Shown here piece by piece: positions 1-9,824 of a stretch of DNA of 32,000 bases. Below the pieces are notes generated by a model. It was not told the origin of the DNA. It did not search any database and saw nothing but the letters and a program-made list of their open reading frames with translations. This DNA is from Candidatus Nitrosopumilus koreensis AR1 (GTDB lineage: Archaea > Thermoproteota > Nitrososphaeria > Nitrososphaerales > Nitrosopumilaceae). Location of the stretch: assembly GCF_000299365.1 (NCBI RefSeq), contig NC_018655.1, positions 1,020,001-1,052,000 on the forward strand, written 5' to 3'. The position numbers were made by a program, and so were the translations under genes. Numbering within the stretch: the stretch's first letter is position 1; each line of letters starts with the position of its first letter.

Positions 1-439
1 ACATAGGATACATAATTGGCTCTGTTTTTTCTTTTTGTTATTGATAGCAGGACTGACATCAGCATTGGGAATGTTTCAAGTTCCAAACGCATCACTACAA
101 GACACATTCAAAATATCTAACAAAAAATCAAGTAGAATTGTTTCTTTGGGACTGCTTGCAGTAGGGCTACCATCAGCTTTGAGCTACAGTCCAATAAATC
201 TGAATATTTTTGGAACGCCTTTTTTGGATGGGATGGATTACATCTTTGGCACATATGGAATTGTCATATCAGAGTTACTCTTTGTAGTGGCAGTTACATG
301 GGTTGTAGATAAAACAAAGATCTTAGAACATATCAACACTAATTCCAGTCTCAAGATACCAGAGTCTGCAATATCATTCATTAAATTCGGAGCACCAGTT
401 GCCTCAATAGTGGTTATTTTAACAAGTATGTTTGTTTAA
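1..439 (+). CDS. C-terminal part of a neurotransmitter:sodium symporter (NSS/SNF family) transporter, truncated by window edge
   Basis: Multi-TM protein with FFLLLIAGLTSALG near the start, resembling the conserved NSS TM7 region; open to the window edge, with a possible frame change near 25-36. Confidence 0.6.
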   Translation, partial: HRIHNWLCFFFLLLIAGLTSALGMFQVPNASLQDTFKISNKKSSRIVSLGLLAVGLPSALSYSPINLNIFGTPFLDGMDYIFGTYGIVISELLFVVAVTWVVDKTKILEHINTNSSLKIPESAISFIKFGAPVASIVVILTSMFV

Positions 440-441
440 GA

Positions 442-1104
442 TTATTTGAGTCCAGCTTTTTCTTTCATTTTTGAAAATGATCTTCCCTCACCATGACGTG
501 GATTTGGTTTTCTTTGTTTTAGACGAGTTTTTGTTCCAATTTTTGCAGATTTTTCTTTTACTATCAACACAGGAATGTCTGAATTTTGCATTACAAAATT
601 AGAAACACTTCCAAAAATTAACTCCTTTAGCATTCCTTTACCTGAGGAGCCCATAATGATCATATCATATTTGGATTTTTTTGAGATTTTGATAATCTCT
701 TCAGGTTCATGACCACGTACAGTCATTTGTTTAGCTACTATGTTTCTTTCATCACAGTAATCTTTTGCATACTTGAGGGATATTTTTGAAGTTTTTTGAA
801 GTTCCTTTGCTATCTCTTTCATAAAGATCCTATTTCCCACCTTGAGATCAGGAATAACATACAATAATGTGATTTTTGAGCCCAATTGTTTTGCAAAATA
901 TATGGCAGCATCTAATGCCCTTGTTGATTTTTCAGATATGTCTACTGGAACCAAGATGCTATCAATTCCTTTGCGAATAATTTTTTTCTCATTTCTATTA
1001 CATTTTTCACATAAAGGTAAACGAATCGAGGATTTGATATCTATCTCTCCAATAAACTTGCCACAGACAGAGCACTTTACTTGTTTTTTATCATAAATGT
1101 TCAT
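442..1104 (-). CDS. Universal stress protein (UspA-like) with an N-terminal CxxC...CxxC zinc-binding segment
   Basis: ILVPVDISEKSTRALDAAIYFAKQLGSKITLLYVIP and IIMGSSGKGMLKELIFGSVSNFVMQNSDIPVLIV are Usp motifs; the N-terminus has CSVCGKF...LCEKCNR. The track ORF extends to 1140; MNIYDKK at 1104 is the likelier start. Confidence 0.85.
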   Translation of the reverse strand: MNIYDKKQVKCSVCGKFIGEIDIKSSIRLPLCEKCNRNEKKIIRKGIDSILVPVDISEKSTRALDAAIYFAKQLGSKITLLYVIPDLKVGNRIFMKEIAKELQKTSKISLKYAKDYCDERNIVAKQMTVRGHEPEEIIKISKKSKYDMIIMGSSGKGMLKELIFGSVSNFVMQNSDIPVLIVKEKSAKIGTKTRLKQRKPNPRHGEGRSFSKMKEKAGLK

Positions 1105-1337
1105 AGTATGTTTTGAATTAGCATTATTTTGATTTATCATGTATTAAGCTATAATTGATATTTTCAAACCATCAGCTTATTTGAATAAAAGATGTGAGGG
1201 AGAAAATGAACAAAACAATACGAATAGGCATTAAATGATTATTGCAATTTAAATTCACAAATTTGCATAAGCTGTATTTGTTAATTTCAGCTGATTTTAG
1301 TATTAGAACTAAAGTAATTTTGAGACTAAACCATTGT

Positions 1338-1553
1338 ATGTCAAAACTACAACTACTTCAACAACTAGTTGAAGACAAAGGTGAGCTGATGGTAATGTCA
1401 GACACTGGTGAGAAATTTGAACTTCACAAACACAATGTAAAGTTTGACGACTCATCAGATCTAATAGAAATTGATGGGGGAACTAAGAGGTTCTGGCTTG
1501 TTCCATCAAAGATTGCATACTATTGGACTCACGACAAAGCCAGAGAAGAGTAA
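1338..1553 (+). CDS. Small conserved-type hypothetical protein (71 aa)
   Basis: Internal ATG at 1338 (MSKLQLLQQLVEDKGELMVMSDTGEKFELHKH...) fits better than the long track ORF starting at 1242. Confidence 0.5.
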   Translation: MSKLQLLQQLVEDKGELMVMSDTGEKFELHKHNVKFDDSSDLIEIDGGTKRFWLVPSKIAYYWTHDKAREE

Positions 1554-1707
1554 TTCTTCCCAGGTTCTATTACTGCCAAATATTTTTTTATTTTAAAATT
1601 GGTATTATTTTTGTGAAAGTTTAGAAAGTTCCAATTTTTTCATTATTTTTTGGTTTTATTGTCAAGTATTATGATCTTTTAAGTACTATTCCAACACTTA
1701 TTTTTCA

Positions 1708-2859
1708 ATGACTAAATCAATGAGAGCTACGACTTTTCTATTGTTACTATCAATCATGCTAATCTTAGCACCTTCAAGTGTTATGGCACAAACTGAAGTT
1801 GGTGTGGAATCTGAAACAAAGGCAAATGTAGGTGTTAATGTTGGCGCAGATAGCGGAACAAATGCAACAGCAAAATCTGAAACAAAAGCTGAAGCAAAGA
1901 CTGAAGCAAATCCTAAATCTCAAGAAAATGAATCTTCAGAATCTCAACAATCCTCTGAGGCACAGTCAGAAGCATCTGCAAAATCTGAAACAAAAGTCCA
2001 AACCACAGTTGGCAACATTGGAGTTACAGCTATGGGAAAGGGAAAGATGATTGTGGGACTTCCTACAAAGTATCCAATGCCGGCAGTTAGTGCATCTAAT
2101 TCATTTGGATTACAAACTAATCAGCATTTGTACAAACCAGGGGACATGATAACGGTTGAAGGTTCCATATGGGCAGATCTTTTGGCAAATCTTGATGGAG
2201 GTGATACAGTTACAGTAAATCTACTTGACAAACAACGAAATGTTGTTTACGAGACAAAATCACAAATAACTACTGAGGGAGAATATTCTGCAGAGTTCAT
2301 GATGCCTGATGATGCATCAAAAGGAGCATACACAATTACTGCTTCTGTAAATACTGAATCTGATCTTTCAAGCATTGTAGGATTAAACGGAAAGGTAAAC
2401 TTGGGCGCCAGCACCAAAGTTGCTGTAGTTCCACCTCAAGTGTTCAAAATCAATGTTGAAGAGCACGGAGATTTTGATGTCAAAGTAGCAACAAACTCGA
2501 CTATAACAGATGTCCAGTTTAATGGAGATCAAAAGAAAGTATCCGTAACAGTCGAGGGTCAATCAGGTACAAAAGGAGTCAGTCACATATCAATTCCAAA
2601 AGCGATGGTAAGTGGTGATCTCAAAATAATGATTGATGGAAAAGCAGTAGCTAGCGACAAAACCGTGATAACGTCACATACAGAAAATGAGACCGAAGTT
2701 GAGGTAAGTTATGGTCACAGTGTCCATACTATTGACGTGATAGGTACTCAGGCAGTTCCAGAATTTGGCACAATTGCAACTATGATTTTGGTTGTAGCCA
2801 TAGTGTCAATAATTGCTGTCAGTGCAAAATCCAAACTAAGCATAGTTCCAAAACTATAA
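1708..2859 (+). CDS. Secreted surface protein with PEFG-CTERM sorting signal
   Basis: N-terminal signal peptide, Ala/Glu/Lys/Ser-rich low-complexity region, C-terminal VPEFGTIATMILVVAIVSIIAVSAKSK (PEFG + TM + basic tail). Confidence 0.85.
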   Translation: MTKSMRATTFLLLLSIMLILAPSSVMAQTEVGVESETKANVGVNVGADSGTNATAKSETKAEAKTEANPKSQENESSESQQSSEAQSEASAKSETKVQTTVGNIGVTAMGKGKMIVGLPTKYPMPAVSASNSFGLQTNQHLYKPGDMITVEGSIWADLLANLDGGDTVTVNLLDKQRNVVYETKSQITTEGEYSAEFMMPDDASKGAYTITASVNTESDLSSIVGLNGKVNLGASTKVAVVPPQVFKINVEEHGDFDVKVATNSTITDVQFNGDQKKVSVTVEGQSGTKGVSHISIPKAMVSGDLKIMIDGKAVASDKTVITSHTENETEVEVSYGHSVHTIDVIGTQAVPEFGTIATMILVVAIVSIIAVSAKSKLSIVPKL

Positions 2860-2883
2860 TTCCTCTTTTTTATTCTGCACATA

Positions 2884-2905
2884 GTTAATTCTTAAAGGAA
2901 TTAAC
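2884..2905. repeat. Perfect 8-bp inverted repeat GTTAATTC-TTAAAG-GAATTAAC between the PEFG gene and the kinase
   Basis: Read directly in the sequence. Confidence 0.6.
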
Positions 2906-3026
2906 AATGTTTGTTTCAAAAGTGATCAAACATTAAGAAAAGCCAACAGTACTCAATCATCTCAGACAACATTTTCTCATTAGGAATAAAAATAGTCATA
3001 AAAAAGATGAAAACGATTTATTAGTT

Positions 3027-4522
3027 TTGCAGATAATAAAAAATGTGAATAATTCAAAGAGAATTACCATTCAAGGAATCATCGTATTTTCTAGTGTAAT
3101 GTTATCTTTATCGCTATGGTTTTTCATAATGGTTCCAGAATTTCAAAAATTAGATGACAGTTATTCGTTGATTCTAGAATATGATGCACAGACCACCATG
3201 GTAGATGATGTTTATGGAGAATTACACGGACCATACTTACAACGAGACATATTATATGAAAAAGTAATTGAAAGAGACGGAGACATACTTACAATAGAAT
3301 CATCAGTAACGGGTACCAACGTATTGACAGATGAAGTAATGTTTCATGTTGATAACATCTACAAGGTGAATGCATACACACTAACGCACGTAGATAAAGA
3401 AGGAAAAAGATTCAAATTTTTGCCAGGTGTTGAGAAAAAAAATTATGACTTTTTTCATTCTGCTGTATTTTATGATGATCCGATGACGTTTAAAAAAACA
3501 GATGTTGTCAACGGTTTAGAAACATATGTTTTTGAAGTAGTGACAAATGGTGCAGACACATCACGCGCATTTCCTCAATTTGCCCCACATGTGATTTTAA
3601 CAGATACAACATCAAGATTATGGATAGAACCAACAACTGGAAATCTTGTAAAATTTGAAAAAGAATGGGACAATTATTTAGTTGAAAATGGAAAACGCGT
3701 AAACACTATTCAAATAGGCGGAAAACATACAACTGAATTTACAGAACTTATTTTAACACAGCATGCAAGAGCAGAAATAGAGAATCTTAAGACTATTAAT
3801 TTCTGGATTCCAGCATTATTATCAATAATAATTTTGGGTGTAGGAACAATTTGGATTTTATTAACATTTTTGTACACCATAAAGAAAGAATCGCTGAAAA
3901 AAGAACAAATGGCAATTATTGGAAATATTGCTGCAAACATTGCTCATGATTTAAAAAATCCGTTAACAGTCATAAAAGGAAATATAGATGTATTAAAACA
4001 CACAAATAATTCTGAAATTAAAAAAAATATAGAGTTAATTCAAAAAAGTACAGATAAAATTTCATATCAAATAAATTCCATAATGAATTTTGTTAGAAAT
4101 AAACCATTACAAAAAGAAAAAATACCATTAAAAACAGTTTTAGAAGCATCAATTGAAAATTCTCAAATTCCAGACGACATACATCTTGAAAAAGACATAC
4201 CAGACATTACAGTTACAGTCGATGTCAATCAAATAGAAACAGCATTTTCTAACATAATTACAAATTCTATTCAGGCAATAAATGAAGGTACAATAGCAAT
4301 TTCTGCAAAAGAAAATTCAAAACATATAGAAATAATATTTTCAGACTCAGGGCCAGGAATACCAAAATCCAACATAAAGAAAATTTTTGAACCACTGTAC
4401 ACTACCAAAAAAACGGTACAGGTCTAGGCCTTGCAAGCACTAAAACAACAATTGAAAAACATGGTGGAAGTATTTCAGTTAAGAACGAACCAACAAGATT
4501 CATAATTCAATTACCAAAATAA
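3027..4522 (+). pseudogene. Sensor histidine kinase with extracytoplasmic DUF3068 (PorA-like) sensor; frame interrupted in the HATPase domain
   Basis: DUF3068-like N-terminal region, H-box NIAHDLKNPLTVIKGN, N-box QIETAFSNIITNSIQAI, G-box SDSGPGIP. The annotated frame stops at 4427 after YTTKKTVQV; one extra base in the A7 run restores NGTGLGLASTKTTIEKHGGSISVKNEPTRFIIQLPK* ending at 4522. Confidence 0.8.
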
Positions 4523-4540
4523 TTCCAAAAATTTTAAAAT

Positions 4541-4562
4541 AAATACAGGAGAGCCGACTAGT
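4541..4562. repeat. Left copy of a 22-bp direct repeat, candidate attachment core (attL)
   Basis: AAATACAGGAGAGCCGACTAGT, identical to 31034..31055. Confidence 0.6.
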
Positions 4563-4662
4563 AGTCAACCATTTTAGACACTATTTTAGCCCCGTTTAGG
4601 CACAAATTATCAAAAGTTCAGTTTTCCTGTTTTCTTTATCTTATGCTTGCATTCTAGTTGAT

Positions 4663-4896
4663 TTAGTCTAGTAATTCACAGGTTATTGTTTCAATAGCCT
4701 CTTTTCTTGCTTGATCATCATTGTGCCAAACATGTTTTCCAAGACTAACCCCGTAATCTATCATAGATTGGAGTCTCAAATCACCAGTTACAAAACCATT
4801 CCAAACAGAAAGCAATCCAATTGCGACAATTCTATTTTTTGTGTTTTCTCTTGCTAGTAAACATTGATTCATAACCCATTGTTCTTTTTCGAACAT
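4663..4896 (-). CDS. Small hypothetical protein (77 aa)
   Basis: Intact ORF, plausible composition (MFEKEQWVMNQCLLARENTKNRIVAIGLLSVWNG...); no family recognised. Confidence 0.5.
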   Translation of the reverse strand: MFEKEQWVMNQCLLARENTKNRIVAIGLLSVWNGFVTGDLRLQSMIDYGVSLGKHVWHNDDQARKEAIETITCELLD

Positions 4897-5169
4897 ATAA
4901 CAAGTTTTAAAAAATGAAAAAACGAAGACTGTTTACGCACACAACGACAATAATGAAAATATGATTTGAAAAACAGTTCTTTTAAACCCGTATGAAATTA
5001 TTCTCTCATGAGTTATGAATTACCTTCTTTTATTTTGGTAATTATCCGTCTTTTTGCTACCTATAAGAAATAATTTTCTGTTTTTGAGAATTAGTTAAAA
5101 CATTATTAGTATCAAGTTTGGCTTTGCCTTTATGAATATGTGCAGATATTACTTTAAAGGAAATTAAAA

Positions 5170-6612
5170 ATGAAGAAAAAATTTCTTATTCTAATCCCAC
5201 TTGTTCTTGCAAGTTTTGTGCATTTGCTAAATCCGGTTGGGTATCCTGAGATTTTCTTTGATGAGGGAATATACATGCGACGTGCAATGACTACTATTGA
5301 AACTGGCAGCCCTCAGGAGAGTTATCTTTATGATCATCCGTATCTTGGACAGTTAATTCTTGCAGGAGTTTTGCAAATAACAAACTATCCTCCAGATGTA
5401 TCTGCTGATCCTCAATCCCTACAAAGTCTGTATCTTATCCCAAGACTGTTTATGGGAATGCTTGCAATACTGAGCACATTCTTGGTTTACCTGATTGCAA
5501 GAGAAAAATTTGGAACAAATGTTGCACTGATATCCTCTACCCTATTTGCAGTAATGCCCTACACTTGGATATTTGATAGAATCTTACTTGACTCTATACT
5601 CTTGCCGTTTTTGCTTGCATCAATACTGCTTGCTATACATTATGCAAAACCGGAAGGGAAGGTGTGGCTTGCACCTCTGTCAGGTATATTGCTTGGTCTT
5701 GCAATCTTTACAAAAATCCCTGCATTCGTGTTCATTCCACTTGTCATATGGTTGGTGTATCAAAAGAGAAGAAAATTCTCTGACATGATAATTTGGATAA
5801 TGCCTGTATTACTGATTCCGATGCTTTGGCCTGCAAATGCAATTATGCTAGATCAGTTTGATTTGTGGATAAATGATGTGTTGTGGCAAAGCCAAAGAAG
5901 TAACAGTATATTTGAAATCATTGGATATTTTCTTTACATTGATCCAGTACTGTTTGCAATTGGCATGACAGGAATTGTCTATGCTGGAATAACTAGAAAC
6001 AAGTTTGTCTTGTTTTGGTTTGTACCGTTCATGGTATTTCTGTCACTAGTTGGATTCAAGCAATACTTTCACTGGATTCCACTCATCCCGATTTTGTGCA
6101 TTGCAGCAAGCATATGGCTGCTTGATTTGCCAAAAAAGATCAAAACATTGCAATCAAAACGACTACATGGAATAGTTATTGTATCAATTCTAGTCTTTGG
6201 ATTGTCTAGCACACTTTTAGTAATCACAAATGACATGTCCATAACTCAGTTTGAAGCATTGTCTTTTGTTCTGCAAAATCAAGATGATAAAAATACAATT
6301 CTTGCTAGTCCTGTGTATACTTGGATTCTTTATGATGTATTTGATATCTCAAATGTTCCAATAGACTATTCGATGATCTTGTTTTATCCAATACCTACAA
6401 ATGTCATTACCGTAATTGCAGATGAGCACTTTATGCTAGACCGTAACAGAGGAGTAGAGATTATCCATGCTTACAACAACACTGAATCTATTCAATCATT
6501 TGAAAATGTTGCAACTGTGTTTGATAATAGGATCTATCCTTACACAAACTTGAGAGTCAACCAAGAAGGAATGCTTATTGATATTAGAGAGGGTCAATGG
6601 ATCAAACCATAG
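5170..6612 (+). CDS. GT39/ArnT-like dolichyl-phosphate-mannose-protein mannosyltransferase family membrane glycosyltransferase
   Basis: Multi-TM protein with FFDEGIYMRRAM...YDHPYLGQLILAG and PRLFMGMLAILSTFLVYLIARE, GT-C/PMT-like motifs. Confidence 0.8.
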   Translation: MKKKFLILIPLVLASFVHLLNPVGYPEIFFDEGIYMRRAMTTIETGSPQESYLYDHPYLGQLILAGVLQITNYPPDVSADPQSLQSLYLIPRLFMGMLAILSTFLVYLIAREKFGTNVALISSTLFAVMPYTWIFDRILLDSILLPFLLASILLAIHYAKPEGKVWLAPLSGILLGLAIFTKIPAFVFIPLVIWLVYQKRRKFSDMIIWIMPVLLIPMLWPANAIMLDQFDLWINDVLWQSQRSNSIFEIIGYFLYIDPVLFAIGMTGIVYAGITRNKFVLFWFVPFMVFLSLVGFKQYFHWIPLIPILCIAASIWLLDLPKKIKTLQSKRLHGIVIVSILVFGLSSTLLVITNDMSITQFEALSFVLQNQDDKNTILASPVYTWILYDVFDISNVPIDYSMILFYPIPTNVITVIADEHFMLDRNRGVEIIHAYNNTESIQSFENVATVFDNRIYPYTNLRVNQEGMLIDIREGQWIKP

Positions 6613-6670
6613 TCATAAAAGTAATTTTTTACATGAAACATTTTAATCCAAATCTGAGAGGAAAATTCCA

Positions 6671-7816
6671 TTGCAATCTACTGAAGTCTCTATAATCTTG
6701 CCAACATACAACGAATCTCAGAATATCTCAGAGATACTTGAGCATATTCAAAAGTCAGTTCCAGAGAATCTAAGAGCTGAAACTATAGTCGTTGATGACA
6801 ATTCCCCTGACAATACTGCAAAGATTGCAGAAGACTATTTTCATTCAATTGCAGAAAAGACCCATCACACAATCAACGTAATCAAAAGAAAGGCAAGGGA
6901 CGGATTGAGTTCTGCAATTCTAAGCGGAATAGAGCATGCATCAGGACATACAATAGTGGTGATGGACAGTGATTTTTCTCACCCTCCCCATGTTATTCCA
7001 AAACTAATTGATACAATAAAGCAGACAAAATGTGATATTGCAATTGCGTCGCGATATGTCAAAGGCGGTTCCATTCAAGGGTGGCCGTTTAAACGCAAAC
7101 TAATGAGCAAGATTGCAACTGGAATTGCCAAAAAGGGACTTGGCATAGAGTTATACGATCCAATGTCGGGATTCTTTGCGTTTAAAAAAAACATCATTGA
7201 CGGTCTAAAGTTTGATGCAATAGGATACAAGATGTTGCTGGAATTGTTGGTAAAAACCAAGGGGGTAAAAATCCAAGAAGTACCATATACTTTTACCGAC
7301 AGAAAAGATGGTTCAAGCAAACTTGGGGCTGGAACAATACTTGATTACTGCAAGTCAGTATGGAAACTGTACAGATACGGTAAAACAGTAACAAAGTCTG
7401 AGAAAAGAATCTCTGTCAGGTTTTTCTCAAAGGCTGCGCGATTCTTTACAGTAGGAGCATTGGGTCTTGGTGTAAACTATCTTGCATCTCTACTGTTCTC
7501 ATCCAGTCTTGACATGTGGTATCTACACGCGACTATTCTTGGAATTGCTTTCTCAATTACAAGCAACTTTGCACTAAACAAATACTGGACATTTGAAGAC
7601 CGCGACTTTGCACCAAAGAGAACCATTATTCAGTACGGAAAATTTGCAGGGTTTAGCTCAATTGGGGCACTAGTCCAGCTAGGAACGGTGTATTATCTGG
7701 TAGATGAATTCAGTTTGTCATACCCTGTAGCATTGGTATTGGCAGTTGGAACCGCGGCATTTAGCAACTTTGTACTGAACAAAAAATGGACATTTAAAGA
7801 AAAAGTCTGGAGCTAG
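6671..7816 (+). CDS. Dolichol-phosphate mannosyltransferase-like GT2 enzyme fused to a GtrA-like membrane domain
   Basis: SIILPTYNESQNISEILEHI, VVDDNSPDNTAKIAEDY, VVMDSDFSHPP (DPM1-like GT2) and C-terminal FFTVGALGLGVNYLASLLFS...NYWTF (GtrA). TTG start. Confidence 0.88.
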   Translation: MQSTEVSIILPTYNESQNISEILEHIQKSVPENLRAETIVVDDNSPDNTAKIAEDYFHSIAEKTHHTINVIKRKARDGLSSAILSGIEHASGHTIVVMDSDFSHPPHVIPKLIDTIKQTKCDIAIASRYVKGGSIQGWPFKRKLMSKIATGIAKKGLGIELYDPMSGFFAFKKNIIDGLKFDAIGYKMLLELLVKTKGVKIQEVPYTFTDRKDGSSKLGAGTILDYCKSVWKLYRYGKTVTKSEKRISVRFFSKAARFFTVGALGLGVNYLASLLFSSSLDMWYLHATILGIAFSITSNFALNKYWTFEDRDFAPKRTIIQYGKFAGFSSIGALVQLGTVYYLVDEFSLSYPVALVLAVGTAAFSNFVLNKKWTFKEKVWS

Positions 7817-7851
7817 ATTTTCATATTATGCTGTAAGCAAAAGTCTAGTTT

Positions 7852-8109
7852 TCATTTTCTTTTTCTCCGCAAAATAACTCCTGCCACAGTTACAAAGATT
7901 CCAATTATGCCACTGAGCAAAAATGTCTGTTTATACATAAACAAAACATAGTCCAATCCTTCTATCGGTTTCATTATTGGTGGCTCAACAGGTGGAAGCA
8001 AGACATATGATGAATAAATTACTGCCAAAAATCCTTCAGTCATTAATGCAATTCCGATAATTATCAAAAGTATGGATTGCAAAACAACAGTACAAGAAAT
8101 GTTTCGCAT
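7852..8109 (-). CDS. Small membrane protein (85 aa), basic C-terminus RRKRK
   Basis: Two hydrophobic segments; the stop codon overlaps a residual MKTR start (ATGA). Confidence 0.6.
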   Translation of the reverse strand: MRNISCTVVLQSILLIIIGIALMTEGFLAVIYSSYVLLPPVEPPIMKPIEGLDYVLFMYKQTFLLSGIIGIFVTVAGVILRRKRK

Positions 8110-8275
8110 ATAATGATTGATAAAATTTTGATTTTAGTAATACTGAAAGATTCAAAGTGGCAAGTACAGGATTTTTACAGTTTGTTTTATTTTCATGATC
8201 TTAAAATCAGATATTCACAGGTTCTTCCATACTGTTGATTTTACGCAGTTAAATAGAATACAAACCATTAGAATC

Positions 8276-8650
8276 ATGGAAGAAAATTCTCTTCGTTATT
8301 GGATTATTCCAATTATTTGTATAGTTGTAGTGATGGGGGTGTTTGTGGTTACAATGGAATACAAGATAAACACTGTTTTTCCTAATGCCGCAGCAGAATT
8401 AGAAGAGATAAAGAAAATGTCATGTCCCGAAATCATAGCAAAAGATTCTGCAAACAAATATTGGACTCCAAAAAACAGTGCAATTGGAAAAGCAAAAGCT
8501 ATTAGCTGCAGCGTTCCAGAAGAAACCAAGAGTTCTGGTCTAAGTCCATATGTTGAGTTTTGCAATCCGGGAGGATTTGCACCAAATAAAATAATTGAAA
8601 ACAGCACGCATTCGTTTAATCATGATACGTGTACATGGAATTCAAAGTAA
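8276..8650 (+). CDS. Small membrane-anchored/secreted hypothetical protein
   Basis: MEENSLRYWIIPIICIVVVMGVFVV TM segment followed by a Cys-containing soluble region; the track ORF begins at 8195, the internal ATG is more plausible. Confidence 0.5.
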   Translation: MEENSLRYWIIPIICIVVVMGVFVVTMEYKINTVFPNAAAELEEIKKMSCPEIIAKDSANKYWTPKNSAIGKAKAISCSVPEETKSSGLSPYVEFCNPGGFAPNKIIENSTHSFNHDTCTWNSK

Positions 8651-8685
8651 AAATATTTTTTACAATACAAACTAGACGCTAGTTT

Positions 8686-8940
8686 TCATTTTTCTACTCT
8701 CCATAATGCGTAAAATGCTCCAACAACAATCAATGATATCCCAGTTATTGGGAGTATTGTAAATTCAGGTGCCACACCAACAGTTTCAATTTTTACCCCA
8801 TTGTCATCAATACTAGTGTAACTAACTGTCCCAGCAAAATACTCAATTGGAATATGAGTTATCTGAACAAATGCTAACCCAGAGAACCAAATCCCAATAA
8901 TTACTGTACCAATAATAATAATCATGTAAGGTGTTTTCAT
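8686..8940 (-). CDS. Small membrane protein (84 aa) with MKT leader
   Basis: MKTPYMIIIIGTVIIGIWFSG N-terminal TM and a C-terminal TM ending YALWRVEK. Confidence 0.65.
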   Translation of the reverse strand: MKTPYMIIIIGTVIIGIWFSGLAFVQITHIPIEYFAGTVSYTSIDDNGVKIETVGVAPEFTILPITGISLIVVGAFYALWRVEK

Positions 8941-8943
8941 TTT

Positions 8944-9462
8944 CTAATCTTGAACAATGACTTCAGTAGATATTGGAGGGGATAGCGCAGTTGGATTACC
9001 TACACTCTCCCAAGCAAAAGCTGTTATTCGATATTTTCCAGGTTCTGTAGGAAGCCAGGAGGTTTCCACAAACTTTTGTGCATAAAATTTTCCTTCACAT
9101 ATCTTATCTCCGCAAACATATGGCTCAGAATAAGTCCATTCGTTGTAGCATATTTTATCCCCACACACAAAAGAACCCGGTTGATCAGTTAATTTTTGCT
9201 GGAATCCTTCAAGCCAACTTAGCAACACAACTTGGTTTTTTTCATTAGTTATTTGATACAATATCACGTATTCAGTATTAGGAAAATTTGATTGGTAATC
9301 AGTTCGGATTGTATATTGCTGATTTGATTTTATGGGCATAGAATCATCCACCCCCTGAATTACAAGATTCTGTAAAGGTACTCTCTCCATTGGTGGTACT
9401 GCAAAAGAATCGGAACCGCCCATAATGCCAATTAAAACCAAAAGGATTACAAGATACTTCAT
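8944..9462 (-). CDS. Secreted protein (172 aa)
   Basis: Signal peptide MKYLVILLVLIGIMGGSDSFA, then a soluble domain with Cys pairs. Confidence 0.7.
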   Translation of the reverse strand: MKYLVILLVLIGIMGGSDSFAVPPMERVPLQNLVIQGVDDSMPIKSNQQYTIRTDYQSNFPNTEYVILYQITNEKNQVVLLSWLEGFQQKLTDQPGSFVCGDKICYNEWTYSEPYVCGDKICEGKFYAQKFVETSWLPTEPGKYRITAFAWESVGNPTALSPPISTEVIVQD

Positions 9463-9518
9463 AATGTATGAAATCCTAGTCTGTCATTGAAAAGTGCTTC
9501 TGATGATTTACTTGTTTT

Positions 9519-9683
9519 TTATAGCCCAAAAGATTCTTCAAATGTTTGCCTTGGTTTTGGGTGTGTTTTTTTGGATTGCCTGTTTTTAATCAAGAATAAA
9601 ACAGGAAATCCTGCAATAATTGGTGAGAATCCTAACAACATGAAAAATAATGCTAGGTGTTCTGCTGAAAGCGACATAACCAT
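9519..9683 (-). CDS. Unlisted small membrane protein (54 aa)
   Basis: My translation of the minus strand: MVMSLSAEHLALFFMLLGFSPIIAGFPVLFLIKNRQSKKTHPKPRQTFEESFGL*. Confidence 0.45.
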   Translation of the reverse strand: MVMSLSAEHLALFFMLLGFSPIIAGFPVLFLIKNRQSKKTHPKPRQTFEESFGL

Positions 9684-9824
9684 ACAGAACAAGAGCAGTT
9701 CATAAAATATTCTATTCTAGACACTATTAGATGACTGCAAAATTTGCAAGTAAAAAAACATGACTGCAATCCTTGAAAAATAATTTACAAATTTCTGAAA
9801 TTTTTTATAATATAATTTTCCAGT

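Noticed and set aside
842-1096. Plus-strand ORF opposite the Usp gene
   Set aside because: Fully antisense to a clear Usp coding region; implausible composition.
1832-2050. Overlapping 72-aa ORF in the PEFG-CTERM gene
   Set aside because: Alternative frame of the low-complexity repeat-rich region; no independent evidence.
5170-7816. Glycosyltransferase pair as part of a surface-glycan defence or phage-evasion system
   Set aside because: GT39 and DPM1/GtrA genes are common in archaea; nothing in the sequence links them to defence.
9487-9705. Plus-strand 72-aa ORF, and similar 9773..9994, 10077..10265, 10088..10372 and 10757..10990
   Set aside because: Antisense shadows of the minus-strand secreted-protein array.
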